Shown piece by piece: positions 59,001 to 64,000 of a stretch of DNA of 64,000 nt (its first letter is position 1; every line of letters starts with the position of its first letter). The translations under genes and the position numbers were made by a program. Under the pieces are notes generated by a model that saw only the letters and a list, made by a program, of their open reading frames with translations, made no database searches and was not told the origin of the DNA. The DNA comes from Monocercomonoides exilis PA203 (taxonomy: Eukaryota > Protista > Preaxostyla). Location: positions 868,001 to 932,000 of the forward strand of contig LSRY02000030.1 of NCBI GenBank assembly GCA_001643675.2, read 5' to 3'.

Positions 59001-62000
59001 GATGACGACATATGCGAAGAAGGAGAGGCAGAGATCGTACAGAACAATGCTGAATGTGCCAAAGGCGAAGATGCAAGGCGTGATCAGGAGGCTGATGAAC
59101 AACGACGACAACGAAGAGACAGCAGAGATGACAGATTACTTGTCGCAGAACACACACAAGATGAATGACGAGGCGATGAGTGACATGCATCTGAAGCAGG
59201 AGGAAGACTACGACGATGTGGTGGATCTGTCAGAGGACGATGAAGCACTCAAGAAAGTGGAAAGAAGAAGATCGCCAGCTATTTCAAATACGCCTCATTC
59301 ATTTAAGAGGAGTGGATCGACAGAGGAGAGTAATAATAATAACAATAACAGCAATAACAGCAATAATAGTGGAAGTATTTACAATAACAGACTGACAGGT
59401 GAGCTGACAGAAGAGTCTGATCAGAGTGAAGATGAGAACAGGAATGGAACAGAAGACGAGAACAACACGAAAGACACAAGAGGAAGAGGAGGAAAGAAGA
59501 AAAAGAGAGAAAGAGAGAGTGGAAGCGACGAAAAGAGCGAGAAGGAAAAAATCAGAGAAAACGGGCGTTTCAGTCCAAAATCGAACAAAGACGCTTCAAA
59601 TTATGCGCAACAGGCATCTGAATCATCTATTGTTTCTTCTTCCTCGCCTGCCATCCAGCCATACGATGTGTCACAGACAGGCAGCCCCAACCAGCGCCAC
59701 GATTCGTCTTCAAACTCGATTTCTCCGCGGAACATTTCTCCGACTTCATCTTCAATCACATCTGCGCAATCAGCTGTATCTCCATCGTGTTCGTCTCCTT
59801 CTTCACCAAAAGTTGCGCCTCTTTCATCTTCTTCGTCATCATCTGCTTCTTCTTCCACCACCAGTCTAACTTCGCCCAAGCGCCAGAAACAAGCAAACAA
59901 TCTTATGTCATCACTTGGGCAGTCTCAGAATTGCAGCTCTTCCACAACCACACTCACCACAACTGTCATCGACCCATCTTCAGATCTCATTGGAATCAGC
60001 AATAACACTAACAATAATAATAATAATAATAATAACACTTCCTTATCTCCCACAGTCACTCCTCAGATGTCCTCTGCTTCACTCTATCAGTACCCCAGCG
60101 CCCGCTCTCCAAAGACGACGCTGTCTGCCTCCTCAACAATAGCCTCTCTTCAGACAGTCCTCACACAGCAGCCGTATTCCCTCAGTTATTCTTCTGCTGT
60201 TATGCCCACTGCACAGCTCCCCTCTGCATCTGCGTTGTCGTTCACACCATTAATGAATGAGAGTGCGAAAATGTCACCTTATCTCAACACAATCTCTGAC
60301 GATCATTCGTCTCCTCTGATGGGCTCTGCACGCATGCTCCCTCATTGCACAGGCAGTAATAACAATAACAATAGCAATAATAATAATAATAGCAATAATA
60401 ATAATAGCAATAACTCAAATGGCATATCGAATGAAAGCACACGCACAGACATGCTGCACTTCGGAAACGTTGGCGATGGTTCGAATGGAGATGAGAATGG
60501 CATTTCACACACAATCCCTTCTTCCATTCTCGGCCACTCTGCATCTACTACCTCATCGATCACGCCAACTTCACAGGCACAGCAGCTATTGCAGCAGCAG
60601 TACCAGATGAAGAACTCAAACTCCATCGTGTTCCAGCAGCACCCCATCCGCTCCACCACATCTCCTTCACTCGGGATGATGGTGAGACAGTCTGCTTCAC
60701 CCAGAAACCAATCAATGCGTTCTGCCTCTCCTCTCTCCACTGCTGTCTCTGAGCTCTCACAATCAAAGTCTCAACTGCATTTGAGCGCCTTTGCGGGAAC
60801 AGCAGCAAATTCGGCTTTTGCTTCGCCGTATGCTTCTGCTCAGCATCTTCCTTATATTCATCCACCGACTGTGCAGCCAGTCACACCCACACCTTCAACG
60901 CAACAGGGAAGCTCAAACGGAACATCGAATGGAGGGAATTACAGTGGAAGCACGCAGAACTCATCATCAGACTATGCATCAAGTGGGAACAAAGGAAAGC
61001 AGATAACTTCTTCGAAAGTGTTGACAAGTGTTCTGTTTGACGACGATGAAGAAGAGAACGAGAAAGCGCTGGGTTTTGTGCGGAATGCGGTGGAAGACAA
61101 AGAGTGGGAGGAGAAGATGGAGAGCGACATTTCAAAACTACAGGAGTCGTTTGCAGCTTTGCCATCTCCTGTGTCGAAGATGCTCATCTTCCACGTGGTG
61201 TGCAACATGCTCCTGTTTATTGTCGCCATCTGCATTGAGATCGTTCTCATTGTCTCCTTCGTCATCTCATACAAGGAGATCTCTATGAACATCGTGCTGT
61301 CGGGGATGAGGCCCTCCATCCTCTTCCAAATTCAGTATCTTCTCCTCCGCGCGCTGTTTCCCAGCCCGATTCTGCAGACAGACCAGTCCGTCGTGTTCAA
61401 AGAGTCCACAAACCCGATCCTGTACAATTCTACTTTCACATCCACCAACCAGACGTATATAATTGACTTGCTCCATTCAGAAATGGACTATTTCCAGGCG
61501 CTGCATTCGAAGTGTCAGTACGGGCAGAGCGAGACAAGCCACACGAACGACACGATTTTCGACTCGATTGAAGCTTCAAGGCTGTCAAAGGAGCAGAACA
61601 TTGCGATTCTGTTGGAGGAAAGAGAGTGTTTCAATGCAACCAGCGAGGACTGCTCGGGAGCAGTGAGGTATCGGATCTATGGAGTGGATGGGATGATTTA
61701 TGGATTGTCGATGCTGATATCGCGGATGAGGCTGAATGTGGAGAGGCTGAAGGGGATGGATGCGACGAAGCTGACGATGATGACGAAGGAGGTGAGGTAC
61801 ATTTTGTCTGCGATTCGGTATGACCTGCAGGAAGGGATAAGCAAGCTGACGAATGACATTCTCTCAGAAGGAGTGAAGAAAGTGCAGCAGTCGATAACGT
61901 ATGTGGTGATCTTCACGATCGTTGACATTATCATCATCATCTTCAGCTTGTTCTTCAACTCACTCTCGTGGAGGAGGATTGTGTGCGACATGCGCGAAAT

Positions 62001-62538
62001 ATCTGAAAAATTGCTGCTTTTGCTGCCAATCAACGAGAATGCAAGGGAGATTGTGATGATGCCATCGATGTTGACTGGGGTGAAGGAGTTGGACGATGGG
62101 AGAGAGAAGATATTAGAAGCAGCACAGCAGCTGCTGGATGCGATTAAGAACAGAGAAGGAAGTGAGGCAGTGAATGCGCTGATTAAGCAGCTGATGCAGG
62201 TGACGAAGCGGCAGTTTGACGAGGAAGAAGGGACGATGGCGAAAGTGGAAGGGCAGATGGGAGAAGAAGCGATCAAAGAGCACAAAAAGGAGCATCTGCT
62301 GTTGAGGCAGCGAATGACGTTGATTGGCGACCAGATCAAATCGAGTGACGAGGCAGCGTCGTCGACAGGGATGCACATTTTGACGTCGCTTTTTGATGCG
62401 CATTTCACAGACGATGATGTTGTGTTTGGGGAAGTGCTGCTGGCGAACGGGACAAGCTCTGTGTTGGGCGTGTCTGTCAACATGGATCCATCATCATCAT
62501 CTTCTTCTTCTTCCTCTTCTTCTTCTTCTTCGTTGTAA
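56041..62538 (+). CDS. 2142-aa TmcB/TmcC-like multipass membrane protein with TPR-like region and C-terminal hemerythrin-like domain (2 exons)
   Basis: Exon 56041-56286, phase-0 intron 56287-56355, exon 56356-62538. About 9 N-terminal TMs (incl. YIPMISIAITSFDC). TPR-like segments ADLVFGQALKKHP and CYEELIASHSQNTSVLRNYARLL. Two TM-ectodomain-TM modules, then TGVKELD..QFDEEE..EHKKEH..AHFTDDD. Confidence 0.85.
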
Positions 62539-64000
62539 TCTTTCGATTACAATAAATAAGGAATGGATTCATTCAACACAAACTTATTAATACAAAATAA
62601 TATCTCCATTTTTGCATATTATTTTAAAAAATAAATAAAAGTTTTGATATTTTTCAGTCAGATTTTCCATTCCCTTTCAAATTCCTCATTCATTTAACAT
62701 TTCAAATATGCAGTTGTGTATGTTTTATTCTGCATGTAGCTTACTCAAATCCCTTTTTTTAATAAAATAAGATTTTTTTCAGTTTTATTTTGTTTTGTTT
62801 TGTGTTGTGTTGTGTTGTTTTGTTTTGTTTTGTTTTTATTTATTTGATGGAAGTATGCAATCACTCTGTTCTCCTATGCATTTCTTCATTCCTCTCGTTT
62901 TGTATTGCTTGTCTGCTTGTGTTAGTCTTAGAGAAAGCCAAATAAAAATATTGTTTTCATAACATTGTCGGTGTTATGCTTTAATAATTGTTGAAAAGTC
63001 ATCAAAAAATATTTTTTTTTCTTTCTTTTTTTCTTTTTTTTTTATGAATATTTATTAAAAGTATGTTTTGTTTCGTTTTTCTTCAAGTGTTTCAGCACTT
63101 CTATTACTTTTGACATATGTTTTGTTTTGTATGTTTTATTCACCATTATTAAACATATTTAACTTTTTTTCATCAAATTCTGAGCCGAAGAAATGCAATT
63201 GCTTTGCATTATGCAATTCATTAACAAGAAATTGTTCTTATCTTTTTTGCCATTATTGCCATAGATATTGTTGTTCCTATATAATTCTTTGGGTGTATTT
63301 TGTGTTGTTTTCACTGAATTCCCAACGAAATTTCCAACCACCTCCTTTTCTCTCTCTCGTTATTCTTCTCTGTCTGCCCATGTATGAATGATTCAGTTGG
63401 CAAATGAATGCATAAAGTTTGCATTCCTTTTTGAGTTTTGTTGTCTATTTTCTTTCATTTCCTATTCTTTTTTTTTTTTAATTTTTAATTTCATTCTCAA
63501 ATCTGCCACTTGTCCCTTTTGTTTGAAGTTTGTGTGAAAACTTGATAAAGTTTCAGTTTTCAAAGAATTAATTAGAAAAACAAAAATTGAATCCTTTCGC
63601 ATGTTTATTATTGTTTCACATTGAAATATCAAATAAAAAAAAAAAATAAATAAATAATTTTATTTCTTTTTTTTTTCCTTTTGTGAAAAGAATTTCTGTT
63701 ATTCATTAAAGAAAGATTATGAAACTTCAACGTTCATTCCTCTTACCACTTATAAAAAAAACTTGTATTTTTTTCATCTCAATTCATTTATAAAACAAAT
63801 ATTTTTTCTATGAAATTCAGATTTTTTAAATGTTAATATCCAAAATTTTATTTATCAATATTTGTTTTATTGGCTATCATATTTATATTTTCTTATGAGT
63901 TGAAAAGAAGATGAAAATAAAAAAAAACAAGGATGAAAAATATATGTATTTATGGGACATTTGATTAACTTTCCCTTAATTGCAAAAAGAATGATAGTTT

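Noticed and set aside
62540-64000. ORFs 63068..63391 and 63159..63341
   Set aside because: AT-rich intergenic composition with no motifs or convincing splice structure.

Overview
AT-rich eukaryotic genomic DNA with short GT-AG introns and standard-code stops. The gene families look like those of the oxymonad Monocercomonoides; this is an inference from recalled protein families, not from a search. Host genes: a Ser-rich giant protein with a spliced makorin-type C3H plus Cys-His module but no RING, a small 4-exon coiled-coil gene, a Ser-rich unknown, a 2709-aa single-pass receptor-like pseudokinase with two pseudogene paralogs, an EF-hand/WD40 (WDR49/WDR64-like) gene, and a head-to-head TmcB-like multipass protein ending in a degenerate hemerythrin domain. 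Mobile DNA: a 2.1-kb hAT-like non-autonomous element (17-bp TIR, 8-bp TSD) carrying a host gene fragment; two inverted copies of an intron-containing DD35D pogo-type transposon; and a full-length but stop-riddled DIRS1-like retrotransposon with ITRs, an internal complementary region and a highly structured ~500-nt 3' domain. A recurrent TTCGAA-array noncoding module lies upstream of several genes. The strongest candidates for new biology are the TmcB-hemerythrin membrane sensor, the DIRS 3' structured RNA and the gene-carrying hAT-like element.
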